64,000 bases of DNA, taken from contig CAYFLU010000003.1 of assembly GCA_964343975.1 (NCBI GenBank), positions 78-64,077 on the forward strand, written 5' to 3'. Of this stretch, positions 9,987 to 19,290 are shown piece by piece (positions within the stretch are counted from its first letter, which is position 1; the number at the start of each line of letters is the position of its first letter). The stretch comes from an uncultured Solibacteraceae bacterium (lineage in GTDB: Bacteria; Acidobacteriota; Vicinamibacteria; Vicinamibacterales; SCN-69-37). A program made the position numbers and the translations under genes. The notes beneath the pieces are model-generated. The model saw only the letters and a list, made by a program, of their open reading frames with translations, had not been told where the DNA came from and did not search any database.

Positions 9987-12074
9987 CTAGAAACTCACGC
10001 CGTCCCAGATACGAATCCGGTCGATGACATCGAACGGGCTGATCAGATCCAGCAATTCCCCGCCGCGCACGACCTGACCGAAAATCGGATACTTGCCATC
10101 GAGATGCGGCTGCGGTGACACCGTGATGAAGAACTGGCTGCCGCCGGAATCCGCGCCATCGAGCGCCATCCCCATCGTGCCGCGCACGAACGGGTCGGCG
10201 CTGAGCTCGTCGCGGAGCGAATAGCCGGGACCGCCGGCGCCATCACCGCGGTCATCGCCCGCCTGCCACACGAAGTTTGGTACCACCCGGTGCACGCGCA
10301 TGCCGTTGAAGTAGCCCTTGCGCGCGAGGGTGACGAAGCTCTGGGTCGCCATCGGTGCGTCGACGACGTTGAGCTCCACCTCGATCGTGCCGTACTTGGT
10401 CTCGATGAACGCATGCGGTGAATACGGCGGCCGCAGGAGCGCCGGCGACTCGTAGTAGTCGGCCGGAAAGCGCAGGGTCGCCGGCCGTTTCGGGCTCGCC
10501 GTCGTGTCGCCAAGCTTCCGGAGCCAGGACGCGGCGCGCACCCGCACCGCCCAATCGCGATCGGCCAGCGCCTCGGTCAAGGTCGGCGTGGCCGCGGCCT
10601 TGCCGAGTGCGGCCAGCGCGTCCACGGCGGCCGCGCGTGCCGTGCCGTTGGCGTCGGTTTGTCCGCGCGTATAGGCCACGGCGAGCTTCTCGGCCGCACC
10701 GGCAATCTTCTTCGAGGCGGCAAGTGCCGCAGCCGTCGCGCGCAGGTTGAAATCGGGTGCTTCGAGCGCGGCGGCGATCCGCGCGTCGAGATCCGGCGCC
10801 CCCAGCTTCGCGAGCGCTTCGAGCGCGGGTGCCTGCACACGCACATCGCTATCGGCCACCAGTGCGGCCACAGCCCCGCGCACGCGTTCCGGATCCAGCC
10901 CCCCGAGGACGGTCGCCAGAGCGGCGCGCACCGACCAGTCGGCGTCCGTCGGCAGCGCCGAGACGACGATCAGGAAGTTCTCCGGGTCGATGCGGGCGGC
11001 GGCCGTCAGCGCCGCGGCACGCATCGGCGCCCACTTCGCGGTCAACAGATCGGACACAGTATCGAACGCACGCGGATCGCCCGTGGCCCCGAGGGCCGCG
11101 ACGACCTCGAGCGCCAGATTCGGCGGCGTGGCCTGGTCCTCGATCACGCGCTGCAACACCGGAACCGCGTCGGAGTCCTTCAACTGGCCAAGCATGCGCG
11201 CCGCCGCCACTCGCACGCGCACGTCGGCGGCGCGGCGCGCCACGATGCCGCGCGCCGCCGCCACCGCGCGCCGGTCGCCGTACGCGCCGAGGCCGCGCAG
11301 CGCGAACGCCGGTGTGTTCACGCCGTCGACATTCACGAGCTGACCGAGCGGCGCCGCCGCGCGCGGATCGCCCACGCGCTGCAGGGCGTACGCCACCGGC
11401 CACCACGACGACACCGGCTGCCCCTTGTCATCGAGGACCACCGCCGCGAGCGCGTTGTACTGATGCAGCCGCGTGAGGGCGAACACAATGGCGCGGCAGA
11501 CCTCGACGGCGGGTGTCTGCGGCACGCGCTCGTCATCAGGCGCGAGCGCGGCGATGTCGGCGCGGCAGCTCTTGCCGAGCGCAGCCAGTGCGTTGCCGGC
11601 CGGCGTCGCCGTGGCCGGTCCCGGCGTTGCGGGCTCGCCGATCAGCCCCAGCGCATCCGCGGCCCGTGCACGGACTTCGAGACTGGCATCGCCGAGTGCG
11701 CCAATCAACGCGTCGGTCGCGGTCGTGGCGCGCATCACACCCAGACCAAACGCCGCGTCGGCACGCACGCCAGCCTCGGCATCACCAAGCGCGCTCACGA
11801 GCAGGGGCACCCCCGCGTCCATGCCGACCCGCCCGATCGCCTTCGCCGCGCGGCGCCGTACACGCGCATCGGGATCGCCCATCGCGGTGACCAGACTGCC
11901 GCCGGCCCCGTCCTCGAGCCACCGCTGGTCTTCGAGGCGCAGGATCGTGCCGATGCGCTTGTCGAGCGAGACCATCACCGGCGGCGCCGTCGTCGCGACC
12001 GGCACGGCCACCGGCGCCGAGGCACACGCCGCAGCGACGACGAGGGCAAGCGACACGAGCAGGCGTTTTCCCAT
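9987..12074 (-). CDS. Secreted HEAT-repeat protein fused to a cyclophilin-type peptidyl-prolyl isomerase
   Basis: I place the start at ATG 12074 (MGKRLLVSLALVVAAACA, a signal peptide). There are many D.D..VR..AA.ALG HEAT/PBS-lyase-type repeats. The C-terminus, FNGMRVHRVVPNFVWQAGD...GGSQFFIT...PIFGQV, is cyclophilin-like. The 1249-aa ORF in the track is an upstream read-through artefact. Confidence 0.85.
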   Translation of the reverse strand: MGKRLLVSLALVVAAACASAPVAVPVATTAPPVMVSLDKRIGTILRLEDQRWLEDGAGGSLVTAMGDPDARVRRRAAKAIGRVGMDAGVPLLVSALGDAEAGVRADAAFGLGVMRATTATDALIGALGDASLEVRARAADALGLIGEPATPGPATATPAGNALAALGKSCRADIAALAPDDERVPQTPAVEVCRAIVFALTRLHQYNALAAVVLDDKGQPVSSWWPVAYALQRVGDPRAAAPLGQLVNVDGVNTPAFALRGLGAYGDRRAVAAARGIVARRAADVRVRVAAARMLGQLKDSDAVPVLQRVIEDQATPPNLALEVVAALGATGDPRAFDTVSDLLTAKWAPMRAAALTAAARIDPENFLIVVSALPTDADWSVRAALATVLGGLDPERVRGAVAALVADSDVRVQAPALEALAKLGAPDLDARIAAALEAPDFNLRATAAALAASKKIAGAAEKLAVAYTRGQTDANGTARAAAVDALAALGKAAATPTLTEALADRDWAVRVRAASWLRKLGDTTASPKRPATLRFPADYYESPALLRPPYSPHAFIETKYGTIEVELNVVDAPMATQSFVTLARKGYFNGMRVHRVVPNFVWQAGDDRGDGAGGPGYSLRDELSADPFVRGTMGMALDGADSGGSQFFITVSPQPHLDGKYPIFGQVVRGGELLDLISPFDVIDRIRIWDGVSF

Positions 12075-12163
12075 GGCACTCAATGGTACCGCACCGTCGC
12101 ACTCTCGCACTTTCGCACCTGCGAGCACCGTGGCACTCCGGCCCCCTCGCACCTTTCGCACCG
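12075..12163. repeat. Degenerate tandem octamer array (TCGCACYY)
   Basis: GCAC cores start at 12076, 12091, 12099, 12107, 12115, 12125, 12133, 12149 and 12157. Three in-phase units, tcgcactc tcgcactt tcgcacct, lie at 12097-12120. Confidence 0.7.
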
Positions 12164-12185
12164 TTCTTTGGTATAGAGTGCCGCC

Positions 12186-12833
12186 GTGGACTTCCGGTAC
12201 CTCGCCATCGAAGGCCCGATCGGCCTCGGCAAGACGGCGCTGGCCGAACGCCTCGGCGCACGGCTGGATGCGACGGTCGTCCTCGATGAGGCGGACAATC
12301 CGTTTCTCGAGGCGTTCTACGCCGGCCAGCCCGGAGCGGCGTTCCAGTCGCAGTTGTTCTACACGCTTCAGCGCCATCGCCAGCAACTGGCGCTCCGGCA
12401 AGGCGACCTGTTCGCGCAGACCGTGGTCGCCGACTACCTCTTCGATCGCGACCGCATCTACGCGTTCATGAACCTCGACGACAACGAGTTGTTCATCTAT
12501 CAGCGGCTCTACGATTTGCTCGCGCGTGACCTGGCGGCCCCGGATCTGGTGATCTACCTCCAAACACCGACGGATCTGCTCAAGAAGCGCATCAAGGACC
12601 GCGCGCGTCGACAGGGCGATCCCAAGTCGCTCACACCCGGCGACGAGTACGTGGCGGAACTCAACGAGGCGTACAACCACTTCTTCTTCCACTACACGGC
12701 AACCCCGCTGCTCGTCGTCGAGACCTCGCAGTTCGACCTGTCGTGGGGCGACGACGCGCTGGACGACCTGCTGCGGCAGATCGAGTCGATGACGGCCGGC
12801 ACGCGGTACTTCGTTCCGCGCACGAGCGCCTGA
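12186..12833 (+). CDS. Deoxynucleoside kinase family protein
   Basis: P-loop IEGPIGLGKT, NPFLEAFY, dNK-like layout. GTG start, with TATAGA (12172-12177) 8 nt upstream. Confidence 0.85.
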   Translation: MDFRYLAIEGPIGLGKTALAERLGARLDATVVLDEADNPFLEAFYAGQPGAAFQSQLFYTLQRHRQQLALRQGDLFAQTVVADYLFDRDRIYAFMNLDDNELFIYQRLYDLLARDLAAPDLVIYLQTPTDLLKKRIKDRARRQGDPKSLTPGDEYVAELNEAYNHFFFHYTATPLLVVETSQFDLSWGDDALDDLLRQIESMTAGTRYFVPRTSA

Positions 12834-12848
12834 TAAGCTGATCGGACC

Positions 12849-13712
12849 ATGGCCTGGTTCAAACGCACCAAGCGGCCCATCATGGCCCCCGACAAGTCGA
12901 GCCGCGTTCCGGAGGGTCTCTGGGTCAAGTGCCCGTCCTGCGGACAGATCCTCTACAACAAGGATCTCGTCGCGAACGTGCAGGTGTGCACCAAGTGCGC
13001 CCACCATTTCCGCATGAGCGCCAAGGAACGTCTGGCGCTGCTCTTCGACGGCGGCACCTACACGGTGCACGACGCGAACCTGCGGTCGAACGATCCGCTG
13101 CAATTCACGGACACGAAGCCGTACCGCAAGCGTCTCGACGCCAGCATCAAGTCGACCGGTCTGAACGACGCGATCATCTCGGCGACGGGCCAGTTGGACG
13201 GCATCCCGACCACGATCGCCGCCATGGAATACGGCTTCATCGGCGGCAGCATGGGTGTGGTCGTCGGCGAGTCGATCACCCGGGCCATCGAGCGCGCCAT
13301 TGCGGACCGACAGCCCGTGATCGTCGTGAGCTGCTCCGGCGGCGCGCGCATGATGGAAGGCACGCTGTCGCTCATGCAGATGGCCAAGATCAGCGCCGCG
13401 CTCGGCCGGCTCGATCGCGCCGGCCTGCCCTACATCTCGTTGATGACCGATCCGACGACGGGTGGCGTAACGGCGAGTTACGCCATGCTCGGCGACCTCA
13501 ACGTCGCCGAACCCAAGGCGCTGATCGGCTTTGCCGGCCCGCGCGTCATTGAGCAGACAATCCGTCAAAAACTCCCCGAGGGCTTCCAGCGGAGCGAGTT
13601 CCTGCTCGAGAAGGGCATGATCGACATCGTCGTGGATCGGCGCGAGTTGAAGGCCACGCTCGCGCGCGCCCTGCGCGTGATGATGGGGCTCCCGCCGGCC
13701 GCGCCGGCATGA
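12849..13712 (+). CDS. accD: Acetyl-CoA carboxylase carboxyltransferase subunit beta
   Basis: N-terminal zinc ribbon CPSCGQ...CTKCAHH. Carboxyltransferase core with SCSGGARMMEG. Confidence 0.95.
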   Translation: MAWFKRTKRPIMAPDKSSRVPEGLWVKCPSCGQILYNKDLVANVQVCTKCAHHFRMSAKERLALLFDGGTYTVHDANLRSNDPLQFTDTKPYRKRLDASIKSTGLNDAIISATGQLDGIPTTIAAMEYGFIGGSMGVVVGESITRAIERAIADRQPVIVVSCSGGARMMEGTLSLMQMAKISAALGRLDRAGLPYISLMTDPTTGGVTASYAMLGDLNVAEPKALIGFAGPRVIEQTIRQKLPEGFQRSEFLLEKGMIDIVVDRRELKATLARALRVMMGLPPAAPA

Positions 13713-14968
13713 CCGCACGGGAATACCTGTTCTCACTCGAAATCGTCGGGATCAAGCTCGGCCTCGAGCAGATCCACGCCCTGCTCGACGCGCTCGGTCA
13801 TCCCGAGCGCGCCTTCCCCAGCATCATCGTCGCGGGCACGAACGGCAAAGGCAGCGTGACGGCGATGCTCGAGCGCGGCTTGCGCGCGGCCGGTTATCAC
13901 ACGGGCCGCTACACCTCGCCGCACCTCACACACATCGAAGAACGCGTGGCGATTGACGGTGTCGCGATCACGACAGAGACCTTCGATGCCCTGGCCGAGC
14001 AGGTGTGCGCAGCCGCCGCGGCCCTTCCCTCGCCGCCGTCGTTCTTCGAAGCCACAACCGCGCTGGCACTGCTGGCGTTTCGTCAGGCGGACGTCGACGT
14101 CGCGGTGCTCGAGGTGGGTCTCGGTGGCCGGTTGGATGCCACCAATGCCGTGACGCCGGAGCTCTCCGTCATCACGGCGATCGACCTCGACCATCAGCAG
14201 TATCTGGGCGACACGATCGAAGCGATCGCAGCCGAGAAGGCCGGCATCCTCCGCAAGTACGTCCCGGCCGTGTTGGGACAGAACGGCGATGCCGCCCGCG
14301 GCGTGATCACGCGCATCGCCACCGAGATCGGCGCACAGCTGACGTACGCCCCGGATGGCATCACGGTCGAGACCGACACCGTCGATGGCCAGACGACGCT
14401 CACGATGGATGGCCCTGACGGACGCATCGGCCCGGTGACGCTCTCGATGCGAGGCCGCCATCAGGTCGACAACGCCGTGACGGCGCTCCGCGCGCTCGAA
14501 GTGCTCGACGCCACGTCGCTTCACGTGCCTGTGCCCGCGCGGCTGACCGCACTCAGCGACGTGTCGTGGCCCGCGCGGCTCGAATCGCGGATGTGGCGCG
14601 GGCATCGCGTGCTCATCGACGGCGCCCACAACCCGGCTGGCGCCGCGGCGCTGACGTCGTATCTGCATGACACCTTCGGTCGTCCGCTTCCGGTAGTCTT
14701 TGGCGCGATGCGCGACAAGGATGTGACCGGGCTGATTCAGGCGCTCGCGCCCGCCGCCTCGGCGTTCATTTGCACGCGTATGCCGTCGCCGCGCGCGGCA
14801 GACACCGCCACGCTGGCGTCCGCGATCACGAGCGCCATCCCGGGGGCCACGGTGGACGAGGCGGCGACGCCGCTCGCGGCGCTCGAACGTGCGGCCACAC
14901 TGGGCGAGCCGATCGTGGTCGCCGGGTCGCTGTATCTGGCGGGCGAGATCCGCGAGGTCCTGTCATAG
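13709..14968 (+). CDS. folC: Bifunctional folylpolyglutamate synthase/dihydrofolate synthase
   Basis: Mur-ligase P-loop VAGTNGKGSV. Classic accD-folC pairing with a 4-nt overlap. Confidence 0.9.
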   Translation: MTAREYLFSLEIVGIKLGLEQIHALLDALGHPERAFPSIIVAGTNGKGSVTAMLERGLRAAGYHTGRYTSPHLTHIEERVAIDGVAITTETFDALAEQVCAAAAALPSPPSFFEATTALALLAFRQADVDVAVLEVGLGGRLDATNAVTPELSVITAIDLDHQQYLGDTIEAIAAEKAGILRKYVPAVLGQNGDAARGVITRIATEIGAQLTYAPDGITVETDTVDGQTTLTMDGPDGRIGPVTLSMRGRHQVDNAVTALRALEVLDATSLHVPVPARLTALSDVSWPARLESRMWRGHRVLIDGAHNPAGAAALTSYLHDTFGRPLPVVFGAMRDKDVTGLIQALAPAASAFICTRMPSPRAADTATLASAITSAIPGATVDEAATPLAALERAATLGEPIVVAGSLYLAGEIREVLS

Positions 14969-14981
14969 ACTGGAAGCCCGC

Positions 14982-17291
14982 ATGACGCGCGCACTGTGCC
15001 TCACGTTGCTCTGCCTCACGGGGGTAGCCCTGCTGCCCGCGTCCGCGACGGCCCAGAACATCTCTCAGTGCAAGAAGAAGATGTCGGTCACGCCGACGGC
15101 CAGCCAACCGGCGCCCGACAGCGTGCCGGCAGGCACGGACGCCCCGACCTGGATCGCCAAGGCCGACGCCGCCTCGCCGTACGTCACGCTCGAGTGCGAT
15201 GCGACGCAGCTGTTCGCCGACGTCGTCGAGTACTACGAGACGACCAACGTCGTGAAGGCGCGCGGCCACGTCACGTTCATCGACGGCGACCAGCGCATGA
15301 GCGCGGATCACATCGAATTCAACGTCAAGACGAAGCTCGGCAAGTTCTGGCAGGTGCAGGGCGTGTTCGGTGTCACGGGCAAAGCCACTCCGCAGTCGGC
15401 GCTCTCGGCCACGAATGCCGACGCGTTCTTCGACGCGGAAACCGTCGAGATCGTCGCCAAGAACACCCTTCGGATGACGAACGGCCGCTTCACGACCTGC
15501 GTGCAGGCCACGCCGCGCTGGAGCGTGGAAGGCGCGGAGATGTTCTTCGTGAAGGACCGGTACGCCGTGGTGAAGAGCCACGTCCTGAAGATCAAGGACG
15601 TGCCGGTGCTCTACCTGCCGTGGATGCGCTATCCCATCAATAAAGAAGAGCGCTCGACCGGCATCCTGATGCCCAACTACGGCAACTCGACGCTCCGCGG
15701 CCAGACGATCAGCTCCGGCTTCTTCTGGGCGATCAACCGCAGCATGGATGCGACGCTGCACTACGAATACGCCTCCAAGGCCGGCCAGGGCTACGGCCTC
15801 GAGTACCGCTACGTGCAGGCGCCGGGTTCGGAAGGCTCGTTCCGCGGCTCCCTCTTCAATGGCTCGGGCGAAGCCGGCTCGGTGTTCTCCTCGCGCACCT
15901 TCCAGATCTCTTCGGCGGTCGTGCAACAGCTGCCGGGCTCGCTCGACTTCCGCGGCATCGTCGACTACACGAGCAACATCCTCACGCAGCAGGTCACCCA
16001 GCAGTCGCTCACGGCGTCGACCAACAGCACCCGATCGGCCAACTTCAACCTCCGCGGCAACTACGGACGCCTGCTGGCCAGCACGGAAGCCGGCTTCACG
16101 GATGTGTTCTTCGATTCCACGACGGCGATCCGCACGGGCAATGCGCCACGGCTGAACCTCACGTTTGCGCAGGCGCCGATCGGGCCGACGAAGATCTACT
16201 TCGGCGCGACCGCCGAGTACGCCGGCATCATCCGGCAGAACAAGATCGGCGACCCGACCTCGAGCCTCAACGTGGGCCGCGTGGACTTCAACCCGATCCT
16301 GCGGACGCCGATCGGCAACCTGCCGTTCCTCGGCATCACGACGACGATCGGCTACCGGTACACGCGATGGAGCGACCGGTTGGTCACGTCGACCACACAG
16401 GCCCCGATTCCCATCACGCGCAACCTCTTTGATTTCCGGGCCGACGTCGCGGGGCCGACGTTCACGCGCATTTTCGATACGCCGAACAGCGACTACGCGA
16501 CGCGTTGGAAGCACATCATCCAGCCCAACTTCTCGATCTCGAAGACGACGACGTTCGAAGAGTTCAACCTCGTACCGAAGAATGACGGCGTCGACATGCT
16601 GTACGGCGGCGTCACGAGCATGGCCTACGGACTCACGAACCGCCTGCTGGCGAAGCGGCCATCGGCCACCGGCGGCCCGGCGGCGGCGCAGGAAATCGCG
16701 TCGGTCCAGGTGCAGCAGACGTACTACACGAACGCGGCCGCGTCACTCTTCGACACGAACTACCAGTCGAGCATCTACGGCGCGGGCACGAGCAAGTTCT
16801 CGCCGATCGCCGTGACGGCCACGGTCCAGCCCGCGACCGGCGTGAACATCACCGGCCGGACGGAATACGACATGACGTTCCGGGCCATCCGATCCACCAG
16901 CGCCGGCGCCGGCATCAACGTCCCGCTCCTGACGCTGAATGCCACGTGGGCCAAGCAGGACACCCTGTCGAAGGATCCGAAGGACACCACGTTGACCATC
17001 AAGACCGGCGTGTACCACTCGCTCATCACCTCGGTGGCCGCCCATACGAGTGACCGCCGGTTCAACGCGAGCTGGTCGTGGAGCTACGACCTGCAGCGCG
17101 CGCAGCAATTGCAGCAGCGCTACACCTTCTCCTACATGGCCCAGTGCTGCGGCCTGGCGATGGAATATCAGATCTACAACTTCGGGGGCCTCGCGGTGTC
17201 GGGCATCACCCAAGACAAGCGCTTCAACCTGTCGTTCTCTCTGGCCGGCGTCGGGACCTTCGCGAACCTGCTCGGAGCTTTTGGGAGATAA
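14982..17291 (+). CDS. lptD: LPS-assembly protein LptD (OstA family)
   Basis: I place the start at ATG 14982 (MTRALCLTLLCLTGVALLPASATAQ, a signal peptide). An OstA-like N-domain is followed by a large beta-barrel with a C-terminal aromatic-rich end. Confidence 0.85.
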   Translation: MTRALCLTLLCLTGVALLPASATAQNISQCKKKMSVTPTASQPAPDSVPAGTDAPTWIAKADAASPYVTLECDATQLFADVVEYYETTNVVKARGHVTFIDGDQRMSADHIEFNVKTKLGKFWQVQGVFGVTGKATPQSALSATNADAFFDAETVEIVAKNTLRMTNGRFTTCVQATPRWSVEGAEMFFVKDRYAVVKSHVLKIKDVPVLYLPWMRYPINKEERSTGILMPNYGNSTLRGQTISSGFFWAINRSMDATLHYEYASKAGQGYGLEYRYVQAPGSEGSFRGSLFNGSGEAGSVFSSRTFQISSAVVQQLPGSLDFRGIVDYTSNILTQQVTQQSLTASTNSTRSANFNLRGNYGRLLASTEAGFTDVFFDSTTAIRTGNAPRLNLTFAQAPIGPTKIYFGATAEYAGIIRQNKIGDPTSSLNVGRVDFNPILRTPIGNLPFLGITTTIGYRYTRWSDRLVTSTTQAPIPITRNLFDFRADVAGPTFTRIFDTPNSDYATRWKHIIQPNFSISKTTTFEEFNLVPKNDGVDMLYGGVTSMAYGLTNRLLAKRPSATGGPAAAQEIASVQVQQTYYTNAAASLFDTNYQSSIYGAGTSKFSPIAVTATVQPATGVNITGRTEYDMTFRAIRSTSAGAGINVPLLTLNATWAKQDTLSKDPKDTTLTIKTGVYHSLITSVAAHTSDRRFNASWSWSYDLQRAQQLQQRYTFSYMAQCCGLAMEYQIYNFGGLAVSGITQDKRFNLSFSLAGVGTFANLLGAFGR

Positions 17292-17298
17292 TTCCAGC

Positions 17299-18321
17299 AT
17301 GATCAAGGTTCTGGTCACCGGCGGCGCCGGGTTCATTGGTTCGGATTTCGTCCGCTGGGCACATCGCACGCATCCCGACTGGCACATCACCACGCTCGAC
17401 AAACTCACGTACGCCGGCCGGATGGAGAACCTCAAGGAGGTTGCCGACAGCCCGCGCCACACGTTCGTGAAGGGCGACATCGCGGAGGCCGAGATCTCCG
17501 CGCCGCTCGTGCGCGAGTCGAACATCGTGGTGCACTTCGCGGCGGAAACCCACGTGGACCGGTCGATCCGGGCCGCCGGCGACTTCATCAAAACCGACGT
17601 CATCGGCACGTTCGTGTTGCTCGAAGCGGCCCGCGAAGCGAAGGCCCTCAAGACGTTCATCCAGATCTCGACCGACGAGGTCTACGGCAGCGTGCCGACG
17701 GGCCACAGCGTCGAGACCGACGAACTCAAGCCGCGCAACCCGTACTCGGCCTCGAAGGCCGGCGCCGACCGCTTGGCCTACAGCTACTGGGCGACGTATG
17801 GCGTGCCCGTGATGGTCACGCGTGCCTCGAACAACTACGGCTCGCATCAGTTTCCCGAGAAGGTCATCCCGCTCTTCGTCACCAACGCGATCGATGGTCT
17901 GCCGCTCCCGCTCTACGGCGACGGCCTGAACGTGCGTGACTGGCTGCATGTGGACGACCACTGCCGCGGCATCGACACCGTGATCCACAAGGGCACGCCG
18001 GGTGAGGTGTACAACATCGGCGGCGGCAACGAAGTGAAGAACGTGGACCTGACGCACCGCATCCTCACGCTCACGGGCCGCGACACCTCGCTCATCAAGC
18101 CGGTGGCCGACCGTCTGGGGCACGACCGCCGCTACGCCCTCAGCACGGCGAAGCTCCAAAAGCTCGGCTGGGCGCCGCAGGTGCCGTTCGAGCAGGGGCT
18201 GGCCGACACCGTGAAGTGGTACCGCGACAACGAGTGGTGGTGGCGGCCGATCAAGGAAAACGATCCGGCCTTCCGCGAGTACTACAAGACGCAGTACGCG
18301 TCCCGTCCGCCCCACGCCTGA
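17299..18321 (+). CDS. rfbB: dTDP-glucose 4,6-dehydratase
   Basis: MIKVLVTGGAGFIGS, YSASKAG, NNYGSHQFPEKVIP. 340 aa measured from the ATG at 17299. Confidence 0.93.
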   Translation: MIKVLVTGGAGFIGSDFVRWAHRTHPDWHITTLDKLTYAGRMENLKEVADSPRHTFVKGDIAEAEISAPLVRESNIVVHFAAETHVDRSIRAAGDFIKTDVIGTFVLLEAAREAKALKTFIQISTDEVYGSVPTGHSVETDELKPRNPYSASKAGADRLAYSYWATYGVPVMVTRASNNYGSHQFPEKVIPLFVTNAIDGLPLPLYGDGLNVRDWLHVDDHCRGIDTVIHKGTPGEVYNIGGGNEVKNVDLTHRILTLTGRDTSLIKPVADRLGHDRRYALSTAKLQKLGWAPQVPFEQGLADTVKWYRDNEWWWRPIKENDPAFREYYKTQYASRPPHA

Positions 18322-18325
18322 TCTC

Positions 18326-19285
18326 ATGCCGCGCGGCACGACCGTCGTCACCGGCGCGGCCGGCTTTGCGGGCACGCACCTGATCGACCGCCTGGCGCGG
18401 CGCGGTGCGGCCGGCCTTCTCGAAGGCTGGGCGCGTTCGAGCCAACGCCCGGACGCACTCTCAGCGGATATCGGCTGGCGCGGCGCGGATCTGCTCGACG
18501 CCGACGCCGTGGCCCGTGCGGTTCGGGACGCCGAGCCGGCGCAGATCTATCACCTCGCCGGCGCCTCGCATACCGGCGCCTCGTGGGCCAAGCCCGGTGA
18601 ATATCTCGACATCCACGTGCGCGGGACGCACCATCTGATCGAAGCCGTCCGTCGCTTCGCGCCGCGCTGCCGGTTGCTCATCGTGTCGTCGGGCATGATC
18701 TATCGCCCGCACGACCGGCCGGTCACCGAGACCGACGCGCTGGGACCGTGGAGTCCCTACGCACTGTCGAAACTCGCGGAAGATCAACTGGCGCTGTACA
18801 CCGCAGTCCACGATCAGCTCGACATCGTCGTGGCGCGGCCGTTCAATCACATCGGTCCCGGCCAGGCCTCCACCTTTGCCGCATCGAGCTTCGCGCGCCA
18901 GATCGCCGAGATCGAACGTGGTGGTGTGGCACCGACGATCTGTGTCGGCAACCTCGATACGGCGCGCGACATCTGCGATGTGCGCGATGTTGTCACCGCG
19001 TATGAGGCGCTGATGGCCACGGGGCGTACCGGGCAGGCGTACAACATCTGCCGTGGCGAGACGATCGTGATGAGCGCGCTGCTCGACCAGCTCATCGCGT
19101 TGTCGCCGGTGACCGTCACCCGCGAGCAGGATGCGGCGCGGCTTCGGCCGAACGACGTGCCGTACTTTGCCGGCAGCCCGGCGAAGATCCACGCGGAAAC
19201 GGGCTGGACCGCCACCACGCCGCTCTCGCGCACGCTGGCCGACCTCCTCGACTACTGGCGTCGACAGCTCGCGTCGGGGCGCTGA
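18326..19285 (+). CDS. NAD-dependent epimerase/dehydratase, GDP-4-dehydro-6-deoxy-D-mannose reductase (Rmd)-like
   Basis: VTGAAGFAG Rossmann motif, YALSK catalytic pair, VGNLDTARDICDVRDVV. Confidence 0.75.
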   Translation: MPRGTTVVTGAAGFAGTHLIDRLARRGAAGLLEGWARSSQRPDALSADIGWRGADLLDADAVARAVRDAEPAQIYHLAGASHTGASWAKPGEYLDIHVRGTHHLIEAVRRFAPRCRLLIVSSGMIYRPHDRPVTETDALGPWSPYALSKLAEDQLALYTAVHDQLDIVVARPFNHIGPGQASTFAASSFARQIAEIERGGVAPTICVGNLDTARDICDVRDVVTAYEALMATGRTGQAYNICRGETIVMSALLDQLIALSPVTVTREQDAARLRPNDVPYFAGSPAKIHAETGWTATTPLSRTLADLLDYWRRQLASGR

Positions 19286-19290
19286 GCCGC

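Noticed and set aside
12075-13736. N-terminal 550-aa extension of the 9987-13736 ORF (1249 aa).
   Set aside because: The extension is antisense to the dNK and accD genes and has shadow-frame composition. A canonical signal-peptide start (MGKRLLVSLALV) exists at 12074.
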